Shown: piece after piece, positions 11,605 through 25,785 of the stretch
Position numbering within the stretch: position 1 is the first letter of the stretch
Layout of the letters: each line of letters opens with the position of its first letter
Assembly: GCA_964016885.1 (NCBI GenBank)
Contig: OZ024745.1
Coordinates: 38,502,001 to 38,566,000 of the forward strand
Reading direction: 5' to 3'
DNA from: Eledone cirrhosa
Lineage: Eukaryota
Length of the DNA: 64,000 nt
Program-made: the position numbers and the translations under genes
The notes under the pieces: model-generated
What the model saw: only the letters and a program-made list of their open reading frames with translations
Told to the model about the DNA's origin: nothing
Database searches by the model: none

Positions 11605-14097
11605 TTATGTGTTTGTGTATTCGTTACGGTTCTTCTAACAAAATTCAACTGATGAAATTGATCATAAATTAGTGGTTTAAATGTAGCTCACGAAATTAAG
11701 CTTATAATATATATTGATCTAATTACCACATACATCTAATTAATACACTGATTCAATTAGTACAATTAACAAAATAATATTTCCTTGAAGCATGCGTAAA
11801 TCTGTTTTTCAATGTTCCATTACGCATATAATCGAATTCCATCATTAAATCGAACGGACATTTTACTACATTTATTTTTATTATAATGATCTTTATTTAA
11901 CCAATATATTGAAATATGCGAACTAGAAATGAATCCCATTTAATCACGACTCCATGTTTATTTGAAAAGAATGCTTGTGTATTACCATTGTAAATTAGCC
12001 GAGGTAGTAGTGTTATTATTACAATATTTAAACTTGAAGGATTTAAATGTTAAAAGAAAGAGATGCAAATGGTTATTTCGTCCGATAGAACCAATGAAGG
12101 GATACTGATCTTTCCATTGCTGATATTATCAGCTGGTGGCAACTTCTGAAGATGGTGTGGCATCATCTCAGAACTTACAAAGCCGGATCATATACAATAG
12201 GACAGACCACTAATCAACCGAATCTTCACTGATACTGCATATATCGACAAGAGAAAGGCAAAGTAATCTCGTAGGAATTTGAAATAAGAGTGTACTGAAC
12301 TGGAATAAATAAATCGATACATTTAATCCGTTAACTGCCAATTCAACGTCTTTAAAAAGACTGTTCGTGAATATGTTCGTTTACAATGCTATACATACAT
12401 GTGTCCCATCTTAGATTATGATATATTATTTCGTCTAATTTCCTTTGCAAAATATCAGATAGATGATGCATTATTGTCTCCGCAGAAAGAATAGCGACAA
12501 AATGTTCGTTAAGATACATTACTAAATGAAATACCACAGCGCCCCCAACGAAATTCTGTTAATAAGAACTTCATCATCAACTCAATAAAATGATTACGAA
12601 ACGTGAAAGTCTGCATCATCGCAGCAACTCGATCAAGCTAGAATTACCAATCGAATATCCTTCAAATTAGGCGTCCTAATATTATAACACGGGAGCATAT
12701 ATTCGAATATGTAGTACTACATAGGCATAATAAGAGGCCATCGTTATAATGTGTTTGGTTAATAAACAGAATTATCCTGAGTTAAACAAACACTATTCTC
12801 TTGATTACAGACGCGTATGATTCAGAGTCTTCTCGTGCATTATTAACAATATTTAAACTGGTATTACTGTATTTAATGCAACCAGAATGAGAATACTAAC
12901 AAGAGAGAAACGACATCATGAATTCCATGTTAACTTTTGTTTGCATTATTTTGGCAGGGACGGGTGAGAGCGTTTGATATATTTCTGAATTATTAGACTT
13001 TTTCAGTAAAGTGTAAAATGTCATCGTACCTGCCTAGTAACTGAATATTCTGAAGTTCATGAATACAAGTAACCATAGAAATTAGCATATTTTAGGTCCA
13101 CTATAAAAAATATGATAATGAAAATACTGTAGTTTATTAGGTGCTATATGTTAAAGATTATAAAGTATAATATGCCTTGACACAACTTTAATATGAACTG
13201 TCAAATTATTTTCATATGAGAGTAATCTATTGAAATATTCCCTACTTTTGTCTCGACTGTGAGAGATAACATACTGTTGTTCAGAGCAACTGGATAATGA
13301 AGCTGGTTCCATTAAATTACTATATTGTTTAATTTAGCTGATAACAGGGATGTGATGTTAATATATCCGTTATGAAAATGTCGGGAATCTCTGCCAATTT
13401 TGTTGATCAATAGATATACAGCTGACATGCTTATCTAAACATTACCCCTACATTCATATACATCAAATGTCGATGATTGAGTATTCACGCTTGGCTAGCA
13501 TGATGTATTAGGCCGGATAGGAATTCTGTTCCGACCACGTTAATATCATCAATCAATCAATCAACTTTATTAGATATACACTCAATGGTGCTCTCATATT
13601 AAGTTCTGAACAAACCTAAACCACGAATAATTATTTCTGAAACTTGATTTCGGTCGGTCTTTCTTACAACACTGGGCTCTTTATTCATCTCTCGTTCTTC
13701 TTCTAAGAGATTATGAGATAGTAATATGAAATTTCTAACGCAACAATGAATAGGGTTGTGATATTGTAAATCATATTTAAACGACTACTGTATTATACAC
13801 TGCTGCTAAATTTAAACTTTCACGTAATTTCATGCTTCTTTCATATACCATTAATCTACGACTTTCATTTAAAATTCCTAGCTACATTTTGTGTATGAGA
13901 AGTGCCAATCATCTCCACAAACCCATTCAAAATATATTAATATATAAGTAGATAGAAACCAAAAAATGCCTTGATATTCATTATCTTTTCCACAATAATT
14001 GAAGGCGTTGATGATACAACATACATAAAAGCCCGAGAAAAATGAAATAATTCTCTCTCTCACACTTACTCTTTCTCACAATTACTTTCTCTCTGTT

Positions 14098-14192
<95 letters not shown>

Positions 14193-14734
14193 CATATATA
14201 CACATATACATAAATATACCGAAAGAGAGACAAAGAGAGAAGGAATGGTGATATAAATCTCATTACTGAGAGTGGTGATAGATAAATATAACATGCAGTT
14301 AAATTTATATTTTTTTAAATTAAATTATATCATAATTTTATTTGCTATATATCATAGCCTGTTCGTGGAAATGGCAAATACTTACATCTATTACATCCAA
14401 ACAAAGAACTGTTTCTGACTAACTTAATTTATTTCGTCGAAGAATCAACTCTAGTATTCAAGGAAGAACACTACGCTGGTATGGACCTCTGATTTATATG
14501 AAAAGTTTCCCAGCTATGAACGTGGGACGTGCTATAACATGAGTAGCAGCATGGTTCATATAGAAAAAGAAGTGGTAAAAGCTGACTCCAGCCTGATAAC
14601 AATTTTTATGATGATGAAGATGCAATGTAGCAGAAGAATGTGTCTGAGAAAATGCTTCAGCCGCAAATACACATAGTTCAGGCCACAGCAGAGATAACAG
14701 TAGATTAAGGCATATTATTATAGACCAGTAGATG

Positions 14735-14930
14735 TGCGGTGGACTGGAAGTATTAGTAGAGTATCGGACACCATACTTTGTAGCATAGAGTTACAGCCCT
14801 TTACTGTCTGAGTTCAAATTCCTGCCGAGGTTAACTTTGCCTTTCATTCTTACGGGGTCACTGAAATAAAGCACCAGTCATGCACTAGGGTAATTGCTGA
14901 CCTACTGCCAAAAGTAGAAACAATTATTAT
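14735..14930 (+). mobile_element. tRNA-derived SINE (family 1)
   Basis: CTGAGTTCAAATTCCTGCCGAGGTTAACTTTGCCTTTCAT...GTAGAAACAATTATT. Confidence 0.85.
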
Positions 14931-16509
14931 AGAACAGTAGGACTTTGCCTCAATGGTATCTATTGCGATACTTTGTATTATATTCATTTTAATTACCACT
15001 ATTTAGCAAATGACATCAGGGTGTGTATCATAAACTGGTTGAATGCTTTGGCTGCTAAAACAATTTTTTGTTTTATTCATTTTCTTTCACAGAAGGCTAA
15101 CAGGTGATCTACTGCTGATACTACGCAGAGGTGCGCGAAAGTAATTCCGTTGTACAGGGAGCTCCCTACAAATTTCTCCACTGATTCAAATGTATAGATA
15201 GAGAATTGTATAGGATTGGATGTGGAAAACATTTATTCAAACAGGGATAATCAAAATACATTCCCCAAGTTCCGAGAAATATATTTAATATAGATATTGA
15301 ATTTATTTAGATATTGAAATAAGAAATTAATATTCTTTTAACATTTTGGCAATTTCACTTCCTGTTAAGTTTACACTCAAATTCTATTTCGTACTTTTGG
15401 AAGCGTGTTAATAAATGAGCCTCAGCATGTATACAGAATATAAAGACAAGGGTAATATCTGACAGTAATAAGCATTATATAAGCTAAATGTAATGAACAA
15501 TATATATTTTAAAATCTCAAATTGCATTATAGTAACGTCTGTAAATATTAATATTAGACACTACCAATAATATTTTGAATATAAATATAACCGCAGAAAA
15601 CCTCTAAATATAAATCTTGAATGCTATTAGAAACATTCTGTCGACATAACATCAATATGAATGTCTTGATTACATTGATCACTGTTATCAGAATAAACAT
15701 TGCTGCTAATTTCTGGCTGTATCTGAAATCATATAATTACAGGTAGAGCCATTAAGCATAATTAAATATTCTACAATGGGGGACTAAAATACATTGATAT
15801 AACACTAAATTTGTGTCAATAGGTTGCAGATATTTTACTAGCTTGAACTTTCCAATTAACTTTCCAATATCGTCGATCAAAATAGTGTTAATTCAACTAC
15901 TATGAGAAACTTCGCGATCTCTTCGAATTAATTAGTACCCAGGACATGATATCAGCGAATACGAGACATCTTTGAATAATTGAACAAGTTTCGATAACTG
16001 GCGACAGCTAAGGTCTAACGATAATCTAAACTGGCCAGTTTAGTGGCTGTCCAACACGTTTACGTGATACTTCTTTAATATTACATAGCTTACATATGAA
16101 CGGATACATAGTGCTTCTCTTGGCTTTTAGATTGAAAGCATTTATTTTGTTATAAATATGCATTGTACAACAAACTGCGAGGAATCTGTCATGTACAGGT
16201 GAGCACGTATTACGAAATACTCGAGTGATGATGTTTAATGATAGGCGCACCTGATCTAGGCCAGACGCTGTTGCTAATAATGGTATTCCTTTCTGTCCAC
16301 CAAATTGGATACAAGTAAAGTTATTTTAAGTATTTTTCTCACAACGCCTCAGCCAGCCCGCGAATTGAATCTACGACCTTGTGTTGGAGATTCAATCACC
16401 TTAATCAGTATGACACGCTTCTCCAGAAATAACAAGTGATTCCTGGTAAATCACGTGTATGTTCTTTACACACATATATTATTCACGTTCAAACATACAT
16501 AAACATACA

Positions 16510-16589
<80 letters not shown>

Positions 16590-16631
16590 TATACATGTGT
16601 GTATGTGTGTGTGTGTGTGTGTATGTGTGTT

Positions 16632-16667
<36 letters not shown>

Positions 16668-16727
16668 TGTGTGTGCGAGTCTGTGCGTGTACACTGTGTT
16701 CTACATCATGAATATATATATATACGT

Positions 16728-17067
16728 ATAATATATAAGAACAAAAGATGGTTAAAGGAGTTCCATGTATTTTATTATGCGCATTTCAAAAACAAACATC
16801 ATCATGCAATAATATTTGTGTTTTCATCAGATAAAACTGGAGGACATGGTATGAAGGCTAAAAAACACTTGTGGATAGTGCAGTTTTAAATCAACATATG
16901 TTGATTTAAAACTGCACTATCCACAAGTGTTTTTTAGCCTTCATATCATGTCCTCCTGTTTTATCTGATGAAAACACAAATATTATTGCATGATGATGTT
17001 TGTTTTTGAAATACGCATAATAAAATACATGGAACTCCTTTAACCATCTTTTGTTCTTATATATTAT
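16728..17067. repeat. Near-perfect 340 bp spacerless palindrome with a hammerhead in each arm
   Basis: Centre AAATCAACAT|ATGTTGATTT at 16897/16898; only a few mismatches between arms. Confidence 0.95.
16959..17025 (+). ncRNA. Minimal type I hammerhead ribozyme (mirror copy 16770-16836, minus strand)
   Basis: ttttat CTGATGA aaacacaaa...tttgttttt GAAA tacgca TA ataaaa; stem I TTTTAT/ATAAAA; the minus copy has palindromic TGCGCA in stem III. Confidence 0.78.
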
Positions 17068-20000
17068 GTATACTCCAGTCCTACAAACTGTAGAGTGCTT
17101 CTTATCCGATATCTGCATTACTTTATTGTACTACAATAAAACTCACCTCCTACATATATACGTATATATATATATATATATATATATATGGAAGAAAAAC
17201 CCGGCGGTTTCGAAATTCCTTAATATTACTGATTAAGTAATCGCTGTTGTGTGTATTACGATTGTAAATAGTATGTAACAGTGACAACCTCACCAGATAG
17301 CTTTTACAGAAATAAATCAGTATGTGAATAAAATATATTCATGCATTATGCATTAAGTGATATACCTTGGCCGAAGTATTGATGCTCTTTCCCCTATGCC
17401 CTATTGACGTATGGCTTACTTCTAAAACCCTCACATCAGCATCCCATAGCGGTAACCACCACATTGTGATTTGTTGAAGGTAGTTCCAACCGTTCATATT
17501 CCTTGCCTTCTTGATCACTCTAATAACACCTAGGTATTAGATAGTCTAATCACTCTGCTAGCAGGTCAGTTACAAATTCCGTAGCCGCAGGAGTTTTCGT
17601 GACGGCAAGCATTCAATAGCTCAAATCCAAGCGTGTTAAGAGCCCATACGCTAGTTAGAGAACATGATATTGACTATCATCTAACATCAATAATAACAGC
17701 CAAATCAACAATAGCAAAAAACACAGTTAAACAGGGGGGAGTAGTTTTCCGTATCAATAGTTGTAGCAGCAATGTTATTAGTGATAATAGAATTATTAGA
17801 ATTTGTCGCACCAGCGTAGTTGATATATCTTATATATTCTAAGAAAGTTACGATTGAAAATAAAAATGATAAAAATAATTTGAAATATGAAAACAAGCAA
17901 ATGAAGAAAACAAATAAGAAATAATACTTAAAAATAAATAAAAAAGAAAAATACATAAACAGAAACTATCATATGAAAAAATGATGAATTATAAAAATAG
18001 AAAAATAAGTTGTGCAAAAACCCAAATAAATAAACAACGAAAAATAACACGTTACGATTATGCTAACACCTATAAATTCCAGTAATTTGGTGGTCGTATG
18101 GAGATATTAAAGAAATATAAGTTTTACAATATAAACTCTTAAAGCCAGCAAGAAGAAAATAATTAAATATTTTAGTATAGTTAATGAATGCTAGAAATTA
18201 AGAGAAAATAATTTCAGTGCTCCTAGATATGAAATAAATACAAGGCGGCTAGATATGAAATAATATCAGGGCTGCTAGGCTTCATGAATGTTGCCAGCCA
18301 CAGCTCGCATACTTAATCGAGAATAAAGTAAGAGCTTGCTTCGCTAGGAGGTATTTAAAAGGTCTATAAATCACTACCCTCCATAGAGGGGAAAATCGTA
18401 CTGCGTCATCGACTTCTATATTAGGTATATATGACATGCGCGTAGTTAAATCAATGCGCCGTAATACTTTGATTACTCAGCGTGTTTCTTATCGCAGCTC
18501 TCCATTTATAATATTTTCATATTCCTGGTTAAAGTCACACACACCAACATATGTGCAGTGTTCGCTATTATATCGTGCTTTACTATAAACACTGAACCCC
18601 CAAGCATTCCAGCTCTAGGTCAGGCTACACGGTTTGGTAATTCTTTCAGATATGTATTTGCAAAAATATAAATTTGCCTTGAATGCAGGATGATCTTTTA
18701 ACAGTGTTTCTACAAACAAGGTAATATCTTGACCCACAAAGATGAGCATTTATCTGTGAAATACAAAAGTTGACTTTTATACACGGTCTATGAACATTTA
18801 CAGATTTCTTTCCCAAATATAGGGACACAAGGTTTACATGAGATCGACTATTACTGGAGTATATAAGGTACTTATGCCTGAAAACAGAGGGTTATGCCTA
18901 TACAGAGCATAAGGATACTCCGTAAGTTATGTTGTGGTTATTACTCCTAAGCTACTTCAGAGCGTGGTTTTATCTAAGAACACAAAGAAGAGGGGTAACT
19001 TCACATATAACTTGAGGAAAGTTACCGCCCACATATTCAGACTTGCACCAAAAATGTCTGCTCCTACTGTCTGTTCGTTGCGTTTCCCCTCTGTCCATCT
19101 CTAGGGATTGCAAACACCGAATCCATCGGCATCTGATGGAACCTCACGAACATTAGACGATTCTAAAGAATACGGCTTCTTATCTAACACCAAATTTATA
19201 ATCAGCTCCGAAATGGCCGTAGTTTTCCAGAATATAGTGTATTATATTAAAGTATTCGATTATGTAAGTTCTATTTGTATCCGGCATGTGTGGCTGCTAT
19301 CGAGGGTGATGCCCTGCATTGGGAATTACCGTTATTGAACGGTGTCATGAAGTTTATTCGTGCAGTCCGGTTTACGATGGCGGGGCAGCCACTGCTACCA
19401 CCACCAGTTTTCAACTGAAACTTTCCACTGGTTATTCTATCTTGTGCTGATGTCAGGAACACAGCGTCGTTTTGTGTGTGGTGTGTGTGTGTGTGTGGGG
19501 GGGGGGGTAATGCCATTATTCCTGGCGCGCGCTTTGCCTTTACTTCCCGTATGCCCCTGTGTTCAATCCCAATAGACGCATTTCTGCTAACACCTTCATC
19601 TCTATTACTGATAATTCAAGGGATTTGATATCAGTAGTTATATCTCTCATTAATATTTGCCCGAATCCCCACACCCTTCCATTGTTCTAGTGCCAAATTG
19701 CTTTCGAACAGCACCAATTCCGTCCCTATAACGATTATAACTAAGGCTATGGACATGGGTCGACTTAGCTACAGCTGAATTATCATTCTCTGCGTTATCA
19801 TTGAACATTTAGTTTGCAGAGATATTGGAGATTCAATCTGAGACACATTTAAGTATGGTCTTAATAACTGATCTACGGTGGATGGACAGTGTTAACATGT
19901 GTTATGTTTTCGTTAAGTTTATGTCGATGTAGTACATGTTCGTATTGAATTTGAGGGTAGGGACGAAACAGTTATCTACGTTGCTATTTGTGTTTACTTC

Positions 20001-20505
20001 GATCTTGAGTCCCATGTTTCTAAATAAGTTTCTAAATCCCCTCTCCATTCTCAATCCTAGTAGTGCTATGGTCAGATACTTTCAAGAGGGTATTATCACA
20101 GTATAGACGACCGATCCGGATAGGAATTTCCTCCTTAAGTTGTGTAAGTATAAATAACCAAATAAGGTAAAATGATAGCTAAAATGAGTCTAAACATAAC
20201 TTACATATAAACACAGACAAATTATGTGGTCAACACACACTATGCATACTTTTTTGTGTACCAAATCATTCTATGTATAAACGTTTATCTCTTTCGTTTT
20301 GTATGTTCATCGTGTTTTTTTTAATGTAGCTGTTGTAGCAGGTTTTCTGCTGGGACACTCCTTCATAAGTATATAGTGTAAGGTTTGTGAAGCCCGGATA
20401 CGAAGGAAAGGATTGAAAGTGTGATCTAATCTAGATTCTTCATAGAAACATATTAGAACCAATGCATTTCGTTTGACTGAAGTGTCAGGCAAATCAGGTT
20501 TAATG

Positions 20506-22723
20506 TATAGCGAAGAACTCGTGTTTATGAATGTAACAAGGAGACATGGTTTGTGTGTATAATATTTAATCAAGTATTTAACAGTATAGTTGACATGTCA
20601 ATGAATATACGAAATAATTGTTTCTACTTCTAGCACAAGGCCAGCAATTACCCAATGTATTACTGGTACTTTATTTTATCGACCCCGTAATGATGAAAGG
20701 CAAAGTTAACCTCGGCGGGATTTGAACTCAGAATGGCAAGGGCCGTAACTCTATGCGTCAAAGCATGACGTCCGAGCCTCTACCGATACTGCCAATCCAA
20801 CGAAATAATGAAGCAAAGTTAGTAGTTACCGTTTTGATTGCCAGGCAAACGCAGGCTAGCAGAAGACGCATGGCGAAGGCCTGGCGCCGGAAGGGCAAAT
20901 GAGAGAGTGAGAACTTAAAGTTGTTAGTTTTATAGGGTTCTGACCAGAAGTTACAGAAAGGGTTCTACTTCCCGTCTAGATGTTGTTAATCTATTGGGGT
21001 TGTGAGTCACAACAAGGGAGACAACTGCTACATAACCTCCCGCCAGAATTTTATAATATAAAAATCGAATGAAATATGTAGCAAGTTGGCGAGAATGTTG
21101 TAACAGGCATGAAAATTACGACAAAAGAATGTTTGCAAAAATCAATGATAGATGTCAAGGTAGCCAACCGCTCTTGGCCAGAGAACGACTGGACATCTAT
21201 CTATCCATCACCCAAAGATACAATGTAATAACGTACGAGAAGAGCTCAAATAGTTCACAGGTGTGCAATCACATGACAGCAGGAAAGAAAGTGTGTTCCA
21301 GAGAATGAATGCAGATGGTTTCTGTTCTGTGGTATATCGTGAAATTTCCAACCTCCGAATGGATTTTCTGAAAGGAAGAGTGCTGCAAAAATAAATTCTC
21401 TGGCTTGTTCTGCTGGTTTTGGTTGTTGGTGAAGCTGTGTTGCTGTTGATGTTGTTGTCTCGTGGAGTGAGCGTATTCGGTGTTTAAATTCACAGTAAGA
21501 AACATTTTTTTTCAGAAAAAAATGAGTTGCGCAAAGTGCTAGAAATAACAGCCGAAGTTGATGGTCGATGTTGAGAATGCGTTGACCTGGAAGTGTCAAG
21601 AGGCCAGCGACCAAAGAAATAAGCATTCTGAATAAATGCGCAGTTTTCAACGGCAAATTTACGTGGTAAATTTTTAAACCGGCAAATAGGAGAATATAGC
21701 TTAAGGCTGAAGAATCCTTGGCGAGAAACGTTATCTCTGGCGTGCGGCTATCTCTGTGAGTCGAGATATCTCTGTGAGTCGAGAATTTGTGATGCCTACA
21801 CGTGCCAATACAAGGTTAAGTTAGGTTTAAAAAATAATATTTCTAACGCGCGAGAAAATGATAGTGCAAGTGTGAAAGTGACAATGATGAAAAAGAAAGG
21901 CTTCACTTAGCATAACTATTGGTGTGAACTTTGAAAAAAAACTTGAACGATGAAGGAAACGATGAAAAAAACAAAAAAACAATGGTTCATCGAAAATAAA
22001 TGTTCCTGTTGAAATGTTATAAACAAAATATCAAATTTCTTTTTTTTTGTTTTGTTTTGAAAGTGTTCGTTGTAAGACACGAGAAACATATATATATATA
22101 TCGTGAAATGCGACAGTTAGTTGATGCGTGAGAGAAAAAGTCTGTCTGAACGCGAATTTCACATGTGCGTGGTGTGTTCGTTTCTTGGAAAAACATATAT
22201 ATATATACAGCAAACTGCGACAGTTAGTTGATGCGTGAGAGAAAAAGTCTGTCGGCACGAAAGTTTCGCATGTGCGTTTCTTTGACTGAGTATTTTCATA
22301 GTTTGTCACTAAATTTGCTGTGTATTCGTAATGTTACTCACACAACACCAGACTCTGCTATTTTTTTATTTTTTCGGGGTGACCACTTATAACAATGAAC
22401 GGCTGCGTGTTCGTATCACGTCAGGGTTACCAATATAGCTAAGAACTCGTGTGTATGAATGTAACAAGGAGATATGGTTTGTGTGTATAATATTTATAAT
22501 GAAGCAAAGTTAGTAGTTACCATTTTGATTGCCAGGCAAACGCAGGCTGGCAGAAGACGCCTGGCGAAGGCCAGGCGCCGGAAGGGCAAATGAGAGAGCG
22601 AGAACTTAAAGTTGTTAGTTTTATAGGGTTCTGACCGGAAGTTACAGAAAGGATTCTACTTCCCGTCTAGATGTTGTTAATCTATTGGGGTTTTTAGTCA
22701 CAACAAGGGAGACAACTGCTACA
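20506..22723 (-). mobile_element. Non-autonomous LTR retroelement (Gypsy-like): LTRs 22434-22723 and 20506-21032
   Basis: Direct repeats begin TGTAGC and end GCTATA on the minus strand; PBS TGGTAACCCTGACGTGAT (22415-22432); purine tract GGCGGGAGG before the 3' LTR; flanks AATG/CATG are a possible 4 bp TSD with one mismatch. Confidence 0.8.
20619..20799 (-). mobile_element. SINE (family 1) inserted in the 3' LTR
   Basis: Reverse complement of the SINE core, flanked by the 10 bp direct repeat ACGAAATAAT (20609-20618 and 20800-20809). Confidence 0.88.
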
Positions 22724-22779
22724 CATGCATCAGTAAATTGAAAAGGTAACTGCAATTTGATCTGGATAATTATACTTAC

Positions 22780-22899
22780 GAAGTTAATATTTGTTCGTAC
22801 TGGACGCTGGTTTGTCGACATTGTCGGTCTAATATTGTCTGACATTGACATTTGAAGATTTTCTTTTCCTCCTTGTTTTAATTTCCGTAATGCATCAAT
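22780..22899 (-). CDS. Carbonic anhydrase-related protein (CA10/CARP-like), near C-terminal exon
   Basis: 120 bp exon ttcAG|IDALRKLKQGGKENLQMSMSDNIRPTMSTNQRPVRTNINF|GTAAGT; has the alpha-CA C-terminal N-x-R-P motif and the CA10-type RTNINF; phase 0, matching the upstream exon. Confidence 0.9.
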
Positions 22900-24006
22900 C
22901 TGAACAATATCAAATAAGAAGAAATGAACTTTTACTCAAGAAAAAAAACAAAGTATGGAGAAAGAAGGGAATATTCAATTTGGTATATTTATGTTAGAAA
23001 ATAATGTATCTGCTCCAGTGTATGAATTTCGAGCAGAAAAGAAATAATAAAGCAATTGATGGAGATTAATTATTTGTTTGTATTAATTTTACTTTTGTCA
23101 ATGAGATATGCTCATTTATAAATGTAATGTTTGTCAACATACGAATATTTCACTTTGTTTCAACGTAAATTAAACTGCAATAATTTAACAGCCTGGACAC
23201 ACATTAGATTAGCGTCATACAAATATATTACAAACCGAATACAGTTGACATGAGGAAACTTCAATAAAAGATTGAGAGTATGTATATCAAATATAAATGA
23301 ATTGGGAATATATAATAATTTTTTATTGCAACATTATGCAGACATTCACAGAATGGCTTGTGGAGGCATTTATAAGAAAGGAACCCAAGACAATTAGTGT
23401 CCCATGGACGGAATACTGATCGTAACGTCTAGACCGTAACTTTACTTCCAGTTATGATCACCTAATAGTAACAACATTTCGAAGTCAACACATTGCCTTA
23501 TTCTAAGGGGAGTGCTTATATGCAGAAGCTGAAATGCTTAGAATTGTATTCAAGAACATATAGCAGGATTATCTTGGAAGAGCTGGATCTATAGTTTGAA
23601 CTTGAAAGCTATCACAATCATCAAAAAGAACAGCAATGTATAGGACCCACTGTCCTACTGCCATATACTATTACAAGAGGTGCCACAAAGCATCCTGTCC
23701 GGTACATAACAGCTCACGAATTGTACGTTATTTATCACACGCGAAAGGATAAAAGCAGTGTTGATTTCGATATACAGTCGAAATAAATACTGAAATTATT
23801 ATACAATCGGCCCTAATAGATCTATCAATTACCCACCCTTGTTGAGGCTACCCTCGAACACTTTATTCATATTATTCTCATTTAATTACTCGGACACATT
23901 CATACACTTATCGTGTATTTATTATTTTATATTCTTGGGCAAAAACAGCATTCATTTTGCATAAGATATTTGATAGAAAAGGAAATTTAATATCATTATT
24001 AAATGC

Positions 24007-24063
<57 letters not shown>

Positions 24064-24575
24064 CAGCAGTAGGTGCAGCTTGGCTCATACATCATCCAAT
24101 GCTCAAAATCTATTTGAATGCGTTGATGTGTACATCCTAGCCATGCCTTATTTCATGGCGAGTGATAATGAAGACTCATGAACGTTTGAACGCACAGGTA
24201 GTCATTGAAGGAATGAGTGTAAAATAAGATATTACGTATTGAGAAAAGTAATGAGATTAGTATAAACTTCAATGAAAGATTGGTGATATTTTAATTACTA
24301 CAACCACCAAGAAATTTTCCCTTTTAGAAAGTGATACGTATTGGATTACAACTATATGATTCAGGGTGTTGATATGACATTTGATTCTAAAATCTATCTA
24401 CATCACTATTTAACTATCTGTCTTTCTGTCTGAATGTCTTTCAGTCTGTCTACATCTATGAATCCCTTTATGAATTCACACACACACAAAACACACATGT
24501 ATATATGTATATGAGTCTGGGTATAAATGTATATATCTATCTATCTATATATCTCTGTATCACACACACTCTCTG

Positions 24576-24634
<59 letters not shown>

Positions 24635-25146
24635 TCACATAGGTATGTTTCCATAATCTCACATACAGTTATACTTGTTTATAAGCTTGATGTGTTTACT
24701 GAAGTTATTTGAAACGAAACTCAAGAATAATATATATGTATAAAATACATCAGTTTTATTTTGTAACTCATCACAATCTATATTAACATTTCTTTTCATT
24801 TCATCTTTGATTTTTGTTTTTTCTTTCATTTTTTGTCAATTGAATATATTTGTATATATGTGTATATATTTATATATATATTTGTATATATTTGCATATA
24901 TTATTAATACAATTCTATCATGTAGAGGGCCGCCTTTATTTTTTCCTTTGCTTCTCTTACTTCTTAAAATATGCGATGTATCAAAACCCATCCAGTGACG
25001 GCGATAAATTCCGCTTGAAAGTGAAAGCCGCTCAAGTGTGGATTACTTGTAGGAAATATGTCAATACAAGTTATATTTGGCTGATACAGAAGTATCTATC
25101 AATGTGTTATATTAACAGTATTTCTCCTCACCTCAACAAGTCCGGA

Positions 25147-25216
<70 letters not shown>

Positions 25217-25785
25217 CTATATATATATATATACATATAGAATGGCAAATACACAAATATAAATAAAAAGTATAGGTGAATATCAGATTTAGATATTTTC
25301 TATGATTTAACTTAAAATTTAGATGATGCTGTTTCTGTATTATCCGCCTCTCTAATAATATTTTCTATTTTCACTGCAACAGTCTTTCTTTTGCTGTAAC
25401 TATATCATCTCACTCAAAATCGTCTATTTAACTTCTTTTTCTACTTCTATCGTTATCACTTTCTAAAATAGATACATTCATACATGTACATATAGACAAA
25501 GACCTCGTCTAACTGTATTGCATTAGTTATGGAGTTAATAATATTTATGTTTAATTGAACGAGCGTTCAGGAAATACGATAATGTATTGAATAAAATATT
25601 CGAAGTGTGTTTGACACTTGAAGTAAAAGTGTCTCTCTGACCTGTGGGAGAGTTTCAATACTTTCTGAAAGCTAAGTGAGTCGCTCGTAAAAACACTTTT
25701 ATAGACGCATATAACTATATCATAATTTATCAAGTCTCTCTCTCACTCTCTGTATATGTATAGATATATATACGCACTGTCTATA

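Noticed and set aside
16906-17118. Near-identical peptides on opposite strands (also at 33825/33934 and 43782/43901)
   Set aside because: A consequence of the DNA palindromes, not duplicated genes.
24940-25150. Possible further hammerhead relics (also ~17190-17235 and 60295-60330)
   Set aside because: Cores and stems are too degraded to support a call.
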